This document shows positions 50,160 through 63,466 of a stretch of 64,000 nucleotides of DNA, piece after piece. A model generated the notes under the pieces. The model was not told where the DNA came from. It saw nothing but the letters and a program-made list of their open reading frames with translations, and ran no database searches. This DNA is from Podarcis erhardii (taxonomy: Eukaryota): the NCBI GenBank assembly GCA_964252035.1, contig OZ176214.1. One strand, 5' to 3'. Each line of letters starts with the position of its first letter. The first letter of the stretch is position 1. Position numbers and translations under genes: made by a program.

Positions 50160-51880
50160 TATATGCAAATGGAGCACATATTATTAAAAAAATTCTTCTC
50201 CTCTTACTTATCCTGAAGAGAAGGTAAATAAAAAAAAGCATCAAAACAGCAGTGGATTAATTAAAAAAAATCAGAGACTGGGATTACGTAAAAAATTACT
50301 TAGCTGGTGAAGCAAACATGGAATCCACATTTTCTTTAAAAGATATGACAGCAACAAGGTGTCTGTTTATTTCTTATGTGGAAGACTATTCAAGCTTCGA
50401 AATCAAATTCAGGTGCCTACATTTCCTCCCCAATTAGGATACATGTAGCACAGGTAAACTCTGTATGATATAGTTAATTGTGCTAGCTCTCCCACAAACA
50501 TTATATATTAAGGATTATGATATGTACTTTTATTCCTTTATCAATCTTATAAATTTTTTGCCTACATCTTAAAAACATTATCCCTGGACAAAATCTGATC
50601 CTTAAAAAAAAGTAGTTGAGATGGTTGAAGTAATTTCCCACACACTAGCAGTTGCAGAAGCTTCATTCTGATCTTCCAGCTTGAACTGCAACTTTGGCAA
50701 CTGAACTGTGAAGGGAAAAAAATAAAAGAAAAAAGGAAGACCCAGAGAAAAATCATAGGGGCTTCAAATGCTTCCATCTCCTTTGAGGTTAGCATCACCC
50801 TGCCCCAGGAGCTCATTTCTGGTGCCCAAATCTGGAGTCACTGTCCCAAGTTGAAGCTAAATGGGGATATGAATTGCAGTCTCCTAGGTCCTGGTCTACC
50901 ACCTCACCATGTTAGCTCTCCAAGATTGGACACTCAGTCACTTTGAGAGAGCTCAACCACAGCCATATGCAAAGTCCAGCTGCATGCTCCCTCCTCTTCT
51001 ATTAGCAAGTGTTTTCCAAAGAGTGTTCTATTAGCAAGTGTTTTCCAAAGAGAAAAGGAGGAACCCCAATTTCATATGGAAATTCAACATTTTATACACA
51101 TATTGTTATCCTAGGCAGAACTGCTCTTTTGCGGAGAAGCTCTGTCCTCCTGGCAGTGTCAGCTTTTGCTGTAAAAAGCAAATATAGAGAGCATTTCTCT
51201 CAGTTCCACTGTCCTATTTAACACTTAACGCAAGAGACGGAAGGATCTACCTAACTTCCTACTGACTTATGCTGCAGAACTTTTCACTTATTTGGGGCGA
51301 AAGCAGAACTGGACTGGGCCTGTTAACACTGTGAGCGTCTTAAAAGCATCTGCCTTTACCCCAGTGGTGGGAAAGCCAGTTTGGTCTGCTAAACCACAAA
51401 CTCACAGACACCTGACATTGCAGGACAAACCATGACAGGGAACCCCAGGGAACCCCAGTGGAGCTGATCAATCAGTTACAGGGAGGCCCTTCAAACTTTG
51501 ATCGCTGTCAATCATCCAATGACTTTATGGTATCAGGTGATTTATAAATGGGATGTCTCACTCACTTGTCACTGTTCATTTATTTATTTAGATTCCCTAC
51601 CTGCCCTACATAAGATTCCTGGACAGGTTGGCCCATGGAGTGTGAGGGAATTAAGTTGGATTGAGTTCCCTACTTCTACACATTTTGTTGGGAGCTACAC
51701 AGAGTAGTTGAAGCAACCCAGTCACATGGGCAGCATATAAAACAGCAGCAACACCACCACCACAATATCCTTTTCCATTTACTGACCATCACAGCTTAAC
51801 TTGGGCTTAAGAATGACTAGAAGGAGAAAGCTGTAAAAATAATGTAAATGATAATCATATTAATGGATGTAACACTGTAC

Positions 51881-52042
51881 CTTTGAATCCTGATGCTCCC
51901 GGGACTCCGCCAAACCCAGGGGAGCCCATGTCACCTTTGAAGCCTTTTAGTCCAGGATGACCAGGGAGGCCGGGGTCACCAGTAACACCTTGGTTGGAGG
52001 CTGGGCCTGGTGGTCCACGTGGCCCAGGGGGACCTGGGAAGC
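51881..52042 (-). CDS. COL4A6: COL4A6 exon (162 nt)
   Basis: [55 protein letters not shown]. Confidence 0.95.
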
Positions 52043-53154
52043 CTGGGCAAACAGGAACAAAGGTAGCTCAGAGACTATGTTGGTCTTCAGCCTTAGGGTT
52101 CCCCCAGGCTCTGCACAGCTCACCAGACCACATCCAAACCAACATAAACATTGCAACATCAATATGGCATCACTGCAGACTGTTGTCAAAAGGGTGCAGA
52201 TTATTGTATAACTGAGAGGACACCCTTGCAAGTAGAATCCAAGCTTACAACCTCTAGTATGGTTGTAGGATTTTTAAGAATGAAGTTTTTATCACCCTTA
52301 TAACCACAGGGGAAAGATAGCCCTTTAATACGTAGGATGGCAGGAGGATCTGAATACCAATTAATATTTTGCGCACTTGTTCCCCCCCCCCAAAAAAATC
52401 CTTGTTCTTGTACCTAAGGAAGAGTTTACATTTTTACTCTTAGGGTTGCATCCATTGCTGGTCGTACTCAAAGAAGACCCACTGAAATGAATGGAGATGC
52501 TAAACTAAGGCCCATTCACTTCAGCAGGTCTGCTCTGAGTTGGGCTCAGCTGCAGACAACCCTTAATCAGCAGCAATAGTCTAGTAATGAAGTGTGATTA
52601 AGTGGTTTTTTTTTAAAAAAAACCTGATATTTATACTACTGCTTTATTGATGTAACTTTGGAAAAGGTTTTTATACTGTCTGAATTATATCTAATGCATT
52701 AGATTTTTTAAAGTAATGAAATTACAAGCATAAATGTACAATAATATATTTCAAAATAAGAAGTGTTTTTATTTTAAAACATATTATTGCATATTTATGC
52801 TTGCAATTTTGTTTGCTGCCTTGAACTGACTTGGTTCGTTCAAGCACATTAAGCACATTAACACAAGACTTTTGCTATAGTTGTTCAATTCATTCTGCAG
52901 CATATGCATTAAGCAGCATATGCATGCTGCTGGTTAAATGCATGCAAGGTCATTATTCAACCTAATTTGTGTACATTATGCTGATTATAGAACTTAAAGC
53001 CTTTGGATCCAGCTTTTGGGAGGTTGTATTCCTGAACTGCAGGATTCCACCACACATTCTGGCAGATTCTCCTGTCAGGGCTTCGCTGGTGCTTGATTAA
53101 TGTGTCTCTCTCTTTCCAGTTTAATTTCTAAAGCCAAGTGGTCAGATTCCATAC

Positions 53155-53271
53155 CTGGTCTACCATCTTCTCCAGGAAGTCCAGCATCACCGGGTCTCCC
53201 AGGAATTTTTGATGGAAGAGAGATGCCTGGAGGCCCTTGCAAACCAGGAGGACCCATAGCTCCAGGACGAC
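53155..53271 (-). CDS. COL4A6: COL4A6 exon (117 nt)
   Basis: [40 protein letters not shown]. Confidence 0.95.
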
Positions 53272-54407
53272 CTAAAGTGACATGGACAAAGATTAACTAG
53301 AAGAATATGAACTAGGGGCTGCGCGATCCAGCTCACTTTGCTCACCAACACCATCCCCTCGCCTAAACCACCGTTCCCCCTCCCTCCTTGCCAAAGCTAC
53401 CACTACCCTGGCCAGACCTCCACTTGCTGGCCTACTCCACCAGCTGGCCTGGGCTACCCAGCCACTCATTTACTGGTCTCAGTCACCTGCCAGAGTCTCT
53501 CGTTCACTCCCCCTCACCCTCCAACACTGCAGCTATGGATCAGCAGCTCCAAGAGCCCTGTTTGTTGTCATGCTGTAGCACGTAGCACCACCGGTTGGCA
53601 GCCATGCAAACTGTGGCATGACGACATCCTTAAGAAAACATTTATTATATAAAATACGTATCAGATATTCAATCAGAAGTGGAGCATGTAGCATGGAGCT
53701 TAACGTGCAATGTCATTTATTGTCACAAGCTCAGCTATTGTTTTTGGATGATTTAAGTTAAGTTGTTTTATTTTTATCCCATTGCTTTAAGGCAGAAATA
53801 TTTGCCACCATGATCTCCACGCACACACACACACTCTCTCTCTTATATATATAAAATGTGCTTTTTCTGGGGGGACGCAGGGGTATGCATACCCCTAATC
53901 ATTTTGTGAATCTAAGTTTGGCCTCATTGAGGGGCAGTATTTCAATATGAGTAGGAAAATGAGAGTACCCCTAAACATTTTACAAAAAAAAAAAAGAACT
54001 GTGTGTGTGAACATAACACTTTTGTAACTCTTACAAGAGGGATGGGAACCTGTATACAATCCAGATGTTGGATCATAGTTCCCATTGCTCCCAATCCTTG
54101 GCCATGCTATTTTAGGCTGATGGGAGAGTGATCAACATCTAGGAGACGTACAAGTTCCCATCCCAGCCTTACAATGATTACCGCACTGCAGTTGTAGTGG
54201 GGGGGGGGAGAGAGAGGAGGGACAGAGAGAGGTTTGTGTTAGGCCAGCTTCCGAGTTCATGGCAGAGGTGAAATATGAACCAGGGACTTCCCTGTCCATA
54301 GTCCAGTATCTTAACCATTCTGCTGCACCAGCTCTCTACACTCCTCTTCTAGCTCATGGTCTCTTTCAGCTGCTGTTTATGATTTCATTGCGGTTGCTGT
54401 TATTTAC

Positions 54408-54533
54408 CCAAGTCTCCTGCAGGTCCCTTCTGTCCAGGCAAGCCTGGGGGTCCGATTTGAAAACCGGGAACGCCCTGTTCTCCTTTGGCACCTGGCATTC
54501 CTGCAGGCCCTGGAAGTCCAATTTCACTCAGAC
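54408..54533 (-). CDS. COL4A6: COL4A6 exon (126 nt)
   Basis: [43 protein letters not shown]. Confidence 0.94.
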
Positions 54534-55342
54534 CTAACAAGGAGTGGGAGGATGAAAAGCAGGTCAAAGCAGCCCATTAAACACCATCAAAGAACCCCCC
54601 CCCCCGCAATGGACCACACAACACTTCTTCCCTCCTCTGCTGGGGGCACAGTATCCTGCTCTGGCACTTAGCTGAGAATGTTGGCAGTGCAAGGAAATTT
54701 AAACAGACCACAAAAATTGTTGCAGAGAATGGAATTTCCGAGAGGGCTAAAGAAAAGTATACCTTAATCTCATCGCTGTGATATTTAGAGATTTGGGTAT
54801 AGGTTGCGGAGATGGCAAAGGCTCCTTTAGGAATCGGCTGTCAAAGGATTTGAAGTGGCCACATTCCCTCATAGGCAACTTTCGGGGGGGCGGGGCGGGG
54901 GGGGGGACACACATGACAGCAGTGGTTGGGGCTAGAGTCCAAAGTGGGCAAGGCAAAAAACACGACCTTTACCTTTGTGCACCAGGCTACGTCACACACA
55001 CACACACACACAGAGAGAAGTCAGCGGTTTCTGCAGGTGTACACATACACACTCACTCCCCTCTCCCTTCCCTACCCAAACAAGCAAGACAAATTGCCCC
55101 AGTCTCAGGACACACTGCAGCCAGACAAAAGCACTCAAGTGAGGGTGAAATGACGGGCCAAGGAGGGGGGGTGGGGAGTGTTTCAAGAGTGAGAGAGAGA
55201 CATGGAGGGTCACATTTAGCAGCCCTGAGGTTCCCTATTCCAGGACCTCAAGGTCCACAGGTGGTCTTGGAGATAACTACCAAAAGATGGAGCAGGTGCC
55301 CACGTTATTAGGTGTCTTCCTAGTCTGTTTCAATTTATTTAC

Positions 55343-55414
55343 CTGGTGTTCCAGGTGAGCCCTTTGTGCCTGGTAAACCATTTAAGCCAGTCAAGCCTGG
55401 AGAGCCGGGGAATC
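55343..55414 (-). CDS. COL4A6: COL4A6 exon (72 nt)
   Basis: GFPGSPGLTGLNGLPGTKGSPGTPG. Confidence 0.94.
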
Positions 55415-57018
55415 CTGAGGAGATATTTGGAAAACACTGAATTGAGTAACAGGAAGCAACTGAGACACTGGAGGAAAATTGGCTTATTTATTCGAAGATT
55501 TATTTGCCCTGCCTTGTGAGCCAGTGGACCTATAGCAAGGCTTATAGTCACCTTTAAAGATACAAATGGACGGCGCTTTCAGACAGGCGTTTTATTGTGA
55601 GCATATTCTACTACATGTTCTTGACACAAGAACAGTGCATTAGTGAGGGATTGGTTCTGCTTCGGTTTGTTCTGCAATTCTTCCCCAGTGCTACCACATT
55701 ATTGCTCTCCACAGTGCTGTGGAGCAGTGATTCTCAAAGGGTGTGGCATGCTATGCAAGTGTAGCAGGAAGATTCAAGGACAATCAATATTATAGTTTGG
55801 GAATGATTCATGTTCTTATGCAGCTGCACTACTTTATACTTTCTGGATGTTCCACGATCATATTGCAAAGTAGTTGCGTTCTGTGTTTCTTTTTGTTTCC
55901 CAATGTATTTCTTAACAATAAATTTTTTTGGGTATGCTGCAAGCAAATTTCCCCCCCCGAAAGTGTGGCTCAGAGAAAAAAAGTGAGAATCACAGCTACA
56001 GAACAACAAAAGCAGGAAAATAAGGCAGAACATTTGTGGTATAAAAAGTCACAGGATTTTAGCACTAAGTTACAGGATATATACTGACTAGAAATAAAGC
56101 AGTGTGTCCGCAGCAAAATATTTTCAGGTGTAAATAGTACTGAAAGTGGGACCTAATATGTCTGCCCTGATAGTATCACGATCAAGAAAGGTTCCCCCAA
56201 TCTTTAATTTTATTTATTTTTATTAAGTCATAAAAATTATGTACCATTTGATTTTAAAAAGCAAGCAAACCTCAAAGCAGTTTACAAAAAGTTTCACAGC
56301 TTAATGTTGATTTTAATTATTATATACTGGATGTTTTTTTTAATACTGTTATGCATATAAGCCACCTAGGAAATATTCTTTGATACTTTGATGGCCAGCT
56401 GTACAAATTTAATTCAACAAATGAAGTCTAAAAACCCAGAGTGAGGAAGTAGAACTGTCCTACCCTATTCCATTATCTTGGGGCCACTGCCGAAAAGGCT
56501 CTGTACTGACTCACCATCATAGCAGCAGAAAAGATAGCATAATGGGGTGGGGCTGTTCACCCTCCTCCCTCCAGCTGAGCTGGTGTTGTAAAGTAGGATA
56601 GAGAGGGGCAAAGCTCTGGAGAGGTCAGCATAGTGCAAATGTCCTAGCAGAACCTATCTGGTGCTCCTGCCACAGCATTTGCATCATGGCAACCTCACTC
56701 CCCTCCACCTTAGTATGAATCAGTGACTTAGTCAGAGGGAGGTCAAGCTAGTCACCACATGCTTGCATAGTACCAATGATGGTGCCCTTACTCCACAGTT
56801 AGCTATTGACCATTACTGGCTTCTGCAGGAAATTCCCTGCACATGCCTCCCTGCCGAAATGTCCCTGATACTGGACTCGTTGAAATGAACAATGGATTGA
56901 AGCCTGTTGACTTCAGTCAGTCTGCTCTCAGGGTGATTAATGGTTCATGTCAACCTTTGTCTTTCCAGATCTCCCTCCCTACCAACATTTTGGGTAATTT
57001 AAGAAAATAAAGTCATAC

Positions 57019-57126
57019 CTTTTATCCCTGCAATGCCAGGAAGCCCTGTAAGTCCTGGAGGGCCACGCTGCCCAGGAATGCCTGGAAAACCTGGGTTGCC
57101 CCTTGAAATCCCAACTCCAGGGAAAC
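57019..57126 (-). CDS. COL4A6: COL4A6 exon (108 nt)
   Basis: [37 protein letters not shown]. Confidence 0.94.
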
Positions 57127-57986
57127 CTGGGACGTGGGCGGGGGGAGAGGAAGAATCAACAGATTAAGACACAGCCTTAAAATGCATGACACATTATTAT
57201 TATCTATTTAACTTGTGAGATCTCTTGCTGTGCAAAAAGACCCTGAGAGCATAAGCACACATAAAAGCAAAACGAAACATAAAAATAAAACCCAGGCAAT
57301 TCATGAAAAATACACAAATCAACCCCCCAACAATAGCAGGAAAAAGCTTCAACAGAACAACAGCAGACAGTTACTGTAATCCATATTACAGTATTACAGT
57401 ATTACTGTAATCCATATTACGCAGCAAAGTTTGGACTCTCCGAAGCTTTTGAGCATGTGTACATTGAACTCAGATGAATTTTCAAGAAAACAAGTGCAGG
57501 AGGAAGGCTGCAGGAATGCAGGAAATTGCTTCCTACCAATAGACCATTGGTCAGTCCAGCTGAGCATTGTCAACACTAGGTTTATCCAACATTAGTCATA
57601 CTCAGAGCAGACCATTAAAATTAATGGAAATGACTAAGTTGGGTTCATTAATTTCAGTGGGTCTACTTTCAGCAAAATTCAGTAGATGGAAGTGCCTGTC
57701 CCAGGGTCATCTAGTGAGCTCATGCTTCCAACTTGTTCCTTCAGCTCTATAGTATGTAAGGATGTAAAAAGTAACCACTCTCACCACCTCATGACCAAGG
57801 CACTCAGAGGCCTTGTGGGTGCTAAGGTTGGCAACCCCTGTTGCCACCACTAAACCCCACTTGCTAATATAAAGTCTTGGAGGGGAGGAAAAGAAGGCAG
57901 CGTTCCCATGCATTTGTTGAACTGAATATTCATCTCACAGGAAACATGGCCTGTCTGGTTAACTACCCGCAAAAGAGCATAGATAC

Positions 57987-58094
57987 CTGGTGGTCCATCT
58001 TGGCCAAAGTCCCCTGGTGTACCTTTACTTCCTTTTATCCCAACGCTTCCTGGGAATCCTGGCTCACCCTTTGGTCCATCAAGTCCTCTTGCAC
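57987..58094 (-). CDS. COL4A6: COL4A6 exon (108 nt)
   Basis: GARGLDGPKGEPGFPGSVGIKGSKGTPGDFGQDGPPG. Confidence 0.94.
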
Positions 58095-58759
58095 CTCAAA
58101 AGATCACACAGGAAGTCTTGTCACTGTTTTAGATATTTAATGCACTGGTCCATTTGGCCACTGGCCCACCACCAATCATCCTGCATCTTTCCCAACTCAC
58201 TAAATTTTAAGCTGGAATTGCCAGGGACTCAGCCTGGGATGTTTCACATGCAAAATACACCACTGAGCTCTGCCCCCCCAAGCATGTATCTACATCCAAA
58301 ACACATGGTGTGTGCCATCAGAGACAGGTCAGCAGTGTTAAGTTAAAGTCACTTAGCGTATATAATTGTTCCATTGGAGATATATTTCGCACTAGTGGAG
58401 TGTTGTTGCACCTGAGAATGCATTATCAGGCTGCTAGTAACTTTGTTGTGCAATAGATTGTGTAATCTATTATGCAACAAATATCTGTGATTGCAACTGT
58501 TGTGTTGGATTCCTCTGTTGTGCAGCATTAACACCCACATGTCAGCTAGTGCAAGAGCCCTTGTGGTAGCAGATAGAGAATGTCCAATATAGCCCTATCC
58601 TGACAGTGGCAATCTGAAAAATTGCGAATAATGCGACTACCTACTTTTATCTTAAAACTAAAGGAGTATAAAGTCTTAATCAATCAGAAGCTTAATCAGA
58701 AGCTTAATCAGAAGCTTTTCCTTTCAGAAACCTTTCAAAGTTCACCATCAGTTGTATAC

Positions 58760-58834
58760 CTGGAAGTCCAGGGTCCCCTTGTTCTCCTTTAGGTCCTACA
58801 CCACCTGGGATTCCAAATGATTCTCCTCGGTCAC
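58760..58834 (-). CDS. COL4A6: COL4A6 exon (75 nt)
   Basis: GDRGESFGIPGGVGPKGEQGDPGLPG. Confidence 0.93.
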
Positions 58835-59196
58835 CTGGAAGAAGGGAACAACCACCACCACTATTATGTCTCCAGAAGTTCCCATGTAAGCTGCAACTCT
58901 CAGAGAGTTAGAAATGATGCACCACCAAGGATAGAGAAGCACACCAGAGCTTAGGAAGGCCATTTCACTTGAACAAAGCTCAACTGGAACAGAAAACCCT
59001 CATATACTCCCTCCTGTCAGAGAGGATCCAATGGCTGGACTTAATGGTTGGGGGTCAGTTTCAGTTCATGAAGTCACATCCTGTAGAAGCTGTCACTTTG
59101 CTGTTCAGTGGCTCACCACACGAGGCAGCAGTCCATATATCACAAGCTATTGATCATTCCTACAGCAGAGTGGCACTGAACCACGTAAATTAATTA

Positions 59197-60012
59197 CTGT
59201 ATTTTTCGCCCCATAGGACGCACCGGCCCATAGGACGCACCAAGTTTTTTGGGGGGGAAATAAAGAAAAAAAAATTATTTTCCCCCCAGGCGCTTGTGGG
59301 GCCGGCAGGGGGGAGAAGCGCTCTTCTCCCCGCAGCCCACCTGCAGACCAGGTCTGGGGACAGAGGGAGGACACGCTGCGCCTCCCAGCTGTCCCCGGAG
59401 CTTGCGGGGCAGGCAGCGGGGAGAAGTGCTCTTCTCCCCGCCACCCGCCTGCAGATCAGGTCCGGGGACAGAAGGAGGACGTGCTGCGCCTCCCAGCTGT
59501 CCCCGGAGCTTGCGGGGCAGGCAGCGGGGAGAAGTGCTCTTCTCCCCGCCACCCACCTGCATATCAGGTCCGGGGACAGCTGGAGGACGCGCTGCGCCTC
59601 CCAGCTGTCCCCGGAGCTTGCGGGGCAGGCAGCGGGGAGAAGCGCTCTTCTCCCCGCCGCCCGCCTGCAGATCAGGTCCGGGGACAGCGGGAAGACGCGC
59701 TGCGCCTCCCTGCTGTCCCCGGAGCTTGCAGGGCTGGCGGCCGGGAGAAGCACGCGTCTCCCCGCCATCAGCCTCCAAACCACATCGGGAGACAGCGGGA
59801 TGGTGGCGTTCCACCTCCCCGCTGTCCCCCGACCTTGTGGGACTGGCGCTGCGGCTCTCCTGAAGCCTGGAGAGCTAGAGGGGTCGGTGCGCACCGACCC
59901 CTCTCGCTCTCCAGGCTTCAGCGTAAGCCTGCATTCGCCCCATAGGACGCACACGCATTTCCCCTTCATTTTTGGAGGGGAAAAAGTGCGTCCTATAGGG
60001 CGAAAAATACGG
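59197..60012. mobile_element. Non-autonomous Tc1/mariner-type element carrying a 108-bp GC-rich minisatellite
   Basis: TA|CTGTATTTTTCGCCCCATAGGACGCAC...GTCCTATAGGGCGAAAAATACGG|TA. The unit anchor cctccc(a)gctgtcccc recurs at 59381, 59489, 59597, 59705 and ~59814. Confidence 0.92.
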
Positions 60013-60747
60013 TATGTGGTGTGTTCCTAGTCTTGAACCTGCCAATCAATTTCATTAAGTGGCCAAGGGTTCAAGTGTTATGAGAGCACAGCAATGACAT
60101 TTCTTTCACTTTAAATGCTGCCTGTTACTAGGAGCACCAAAGATGGTTAAAAAAACAAAATTACTTTCATTTATTTAACATATATTTATAACACTTAACG
60201 TATGTACACTTTCAAGCAGTTTACAAAATTATGAATTCCTTCTCTCTCTTTCTTTAGTGCGCATGCGTGCACACAAACACAAAACCAATAAAACTGAAGA
60301 ACTACATATAATACAACACTTATCCAGGGGTTATGTTACAGGGATAGCGCATAAAGCTAAAATCACATATAGTCAAAACATCCTGGGTGCAGTGGTGGGT
60401 GGGGTTGCCAGAGTTTTCTCCCCCTAGATGCCTGTCTGTTTTTTGTCCCTTTTCAATTTTCTTAAAAAAAAAAAATCTTTTTGCCACGAGTGTAAAGCTG
60501 AATGTGCATAAGTTAAACACACATTAAGTTGTGAGTTATCTGTAAAAGACTACAATAAAAAAACAAGATCCTGCAAAAACCAAAAAGATAGCAGCACATT
60601 TTGCAAAATGTCTTCAGGATCAAGGGCTTCCTCCTTTCCTCAGCCTCCCTCTTACCAAGGCACATCCTGACTCACAATATACAACACTCCCCCCCCCAAC
60701 CACTAACACCTATTCATCACACTCAAATTCTGATTACTCAAATGTAT

Positions 60748-61100
60748 AAGGTAAAGGTAAAGGGACCCCTGACCATGAGGTCCAGTCGTGGCCGACTCTG
60801 GGGTTGTGGCACTCATCTCACTTTATTGGCCGAGGGAGCCGGAGTACAGCTTCTGGGTCATGTGGCCAGCATGACTAAGCCGCTTCTGGCAAACCAGAGC
60901 AGTGCACGGAAACGCCGTTTACCTTCCCGCTGGAGCGGTACCTATTTATCTACTTACACTGCATGCTTTCGAACTGCTAGGTTGGCAGGAGCAGGGACTG
61001 AGCAACAGGAGCTCACCCCATTGTGGGGATTCGAACCGCCAACCTTCTGACCAGCAAGTCCTAGGCTCTGTGGTTTAACCTACAGTGCCACCCGCATCCC
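60748..61100 (-). mobile_element. Sauria-type SINE, full length
   Basis: 13-bp TSD TACTCAAATGTAT (60735-60747, 61113-61125), with 12 extra nt at the 5' junction. Confidence 0.92.
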
Positions 61101-61295
61101 TCATTTGATGTATACTCAAATGTATGCATTTACATAAATCATACTATACTTAACTACTCGTCCCATTCTAGCACATCTCCACCAATGCACACAATACACA
61201 ACTTTATATTCCCCATTAGCACTATCTCCTGCTGTGGCCCCTTTGTAGTTTCCCCGTTGGAAATGGTACCTGAAAATATCACACCAGTGACTTAC

Positions 61296-61359
61296 CCTTT
61301 GAACCACGCAATCCCGTATTCCCTGGGAATCCAGATGGCCCCATCAAACCCTCATCACC
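61296..61359 (-). CDS. COL4A6: COL4A6 exon (64 nt, phase 0 to 1)
   Basis: cag|GGT GAT GAG...AAG G|gtaag. Reads GDEGLMGPSGFPGNTGLRGSKG. Confidence 0.93.
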
Positions 61360-62239
61360 CTGGTGAAGGAAATCACTTTATTTATAATTCACCTTTCACA
61401 GAATAAAATATTCCAGAGCAGGATATATTAACATTAAAGCTAGTAAAAAGTATTATAGATAAAATTACATCAGCAGGGCAGAGAGAAATGTATGGCCTCA
61501 TAATGTTCACCACTATGAAACAGCAGCATGCATTGCTATGCACAGCTTCTGACAGTCATTCCCTGGAGATGTCCACATGGAAATGGTCCTTGTGAAAGAT
61601 CCAGCCCACATTCAAGTCCGTGTTCACAAAGGGTTCAGAAAGACAGAGGACTCCTCCAGACAACCTCACTGAGTATTCATCTTTCTGTGTTTGCTCAAAG
61701 CTTATGAGGAGGTTAGACTATGTCCGGTTTGTCAGGATTATGATACAAATGTATTTGGTTAAAAGAATTCACTGGATCCCTAAATCGGAAATGCAGGGCA
61801 ACAAGAGTTTTCAGTAAAAGTGGTTTTTTAAAAGTCACAAAACATGCAGCAATAAAGTGTGGGAATTTAGGCTGCTTAAACCTTTTAAATATATTGTCCT
61901 GAGTTGTTTAAAGTGCTTCCCTTTCTACCCCCTTGCAGTGAACAGACCACACAGTTTTTAGTAAGTTTACAAATGCATCAAAGGTCAGATTCATGTGCCT
62001 TTCCATACAGCAGCAGGAAAAACTCAGGCAGAAATCTTGTTACAAAATACAGTAGAAAACTTTTCTAAACATGTGGTCTGTACCTGGAGCCCCAGGTCCA
62101 GACCTCCAATCCTTGCGATTTTCACATGGTAGACTGAGAGTGAGCAAAGAAGCTTCACTCCCTTCTTTACCAGAGGTGAGGGGGCATGACTTAGTCAACT
62201 CTAGCACCAATAGCTTACTCTGTGATCCTAACCCCTTCA

Positions 62240-62350
62240 TGCATTAATGGAGGTTCGGCTTCCAAAAAACGTTCGCAAATCTTTCTTACTTCAGGGTTTG
62301 GGAGCCAATTTGTTTGACAACTAAGCTGTTCAAGAACCAAGGTACCACTG
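62240..62350. mobile_element. One-ended Tc1/mariner MITE remnant
   Basis: Right TIR AAGGTACCACTG|TA only; no left TIR seen. Confidence 0.5.
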
Positions 62351-62602
62351 TACTGCAATTTATCCCACACAGTTTTTATTGAGCATTTGTTCTGTTTATA
62401 TGTCTTCCTGCTAATTATTCGTTCATCCCATGCTTTTCAGGGCATTTCCCCATCTCTTTGCTAAGTAAAAAGAGTCCCTGTGTGCTTTTTAGAGTGGATT
62501 TGTTGTGCCCAGGTGACAGAGCACTTTAATCCAGTTTAACTGCACAAACCTAAATTTCTAGTATGCACTTTAACCCCTCCCACAAAACAGTGGAAGCCTG
62601 TA

Positions 62603-62954
62603 AAGGTAAAGGTAAAGGTACCCCTGCCCGTACGGGCCAGTCTTGCCAGACTCTAGGGTTGTGCGCTCAATCTCACTCTATAGGCCGGGAGCCAGCGCTG
62701 TCTGCAGACACTTCTGGGTCACGTGGCCAGCGTGACGAAGCTGCTCTGGCGAGCCAGCACCAGCGCAGCACACGGAACGCCGTTTACCTTCCCGCTGGTA
62801 AGCGGTCCCTATTTATCTACTTGCACCCGGGGGTGCTTTTGAACTCCTAGATTGGCAGGCGCTGGGACCTAACGACGGGAGCGCACCCCGCCGCGGGGAT
62901 TCGAACCACCGACCATGCGATCGGCAAGTCCTAGGCGTGTGCCACCCGCGTCCC
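62603..62954 (-). mobile_element. Sauria-type SINE, distinct and probably young subfamily
   Basis: 14-bp TSD AGTGGAAGCCTGTA (62589-62602, 62958-62971); many CpGs retained; diagnostic differences from the other copies. Confidence 0.92.
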
Positions 62955-63284
62955 GCTAGTGGAAGCCTGTAGGCATCCACAAAAGCCAGGCCTAATGTTT
63001 ACATGGTGAAATGATGTACATGACCTGCTTCCATTTGGCTCTCCCTTCAGAGCCCAACAGTGGTACTCTGCTGTATACACTGTAACTTTAAAGCACACTC
63101 AAAACACATTCTTTCCCTCAAATAATTCTGGGCACTGTAGTTCACCCCATCACAGTTACAATCTCCAGCAAGCCTTAACAAGCCATACTTCCCAGAACTC
63201 TCTGAGGGAAAGAATTTGCTTTGAATGTGCTTTAAAGCAGTCAAAATGAATCCAACATAAGTCCCCAGAAACAGGCATACTTAC

Positions 63285-63466
63285 ATTTCCTCCGGGCATT
63301 CCTGGAAAACCTAGGATGCCAGAGGTTCCCTTCTGTCCTGGGAAGCCGCGAGAACCAGATGTTCCAGGGAGACCTGAGTCTCCAGGAGGTCCTTTCTCTC
63401 TGCCTGGAAGCCCAGCTATTCCTGGGGTTCCTGGCTGTCCACGGGGACCAGGGAGTCCCTTGTTCC
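63285..63466 (-). CDS. COL4A6: COL4A6 exon (182 nt; the most 5' exon in the window, gene continues beyond)
   Basis: [61 protein letters not shown]|gtaag; the phase 0 end matches the next exon. Confidence 0.94.

Noticed and set aside
55220-55270. PGPQGPQ on the + strand, collagen-like
   Set aside because: Wrong strand, only two triplets, no splice sites.
58676-58718. 12-bp unit AATCAGAAGCTT x3 (similar micro-duplications at ~9353-9388, ~51001-51050, ~57372-57420)
   Set aside because: Ordinary slippage duplications with no further structure.
59190-60030. Four to five long overlapping ORFs (154-259 aa) on both strands
   Set aside because: They are explained by a GC-rich 108-bp (36-codon) tandem repeat inside a MITE; no domain resemblance or splice context.
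61200-61270. Acceptor-like ttttcag on the - strand just downstream of the 64-nt COL4A6 exon
   Set aside because: It would imply a ~25-nt intron and non-collagenous sequence.
62040-62240. ORF ending SGPGAPG with a GT donor, a possible COL4A6 exon
   Set aside because: No sustained Gly-X-Y. The flanking exons (63285 phase 0, 61359 phase 0) already join in frame.
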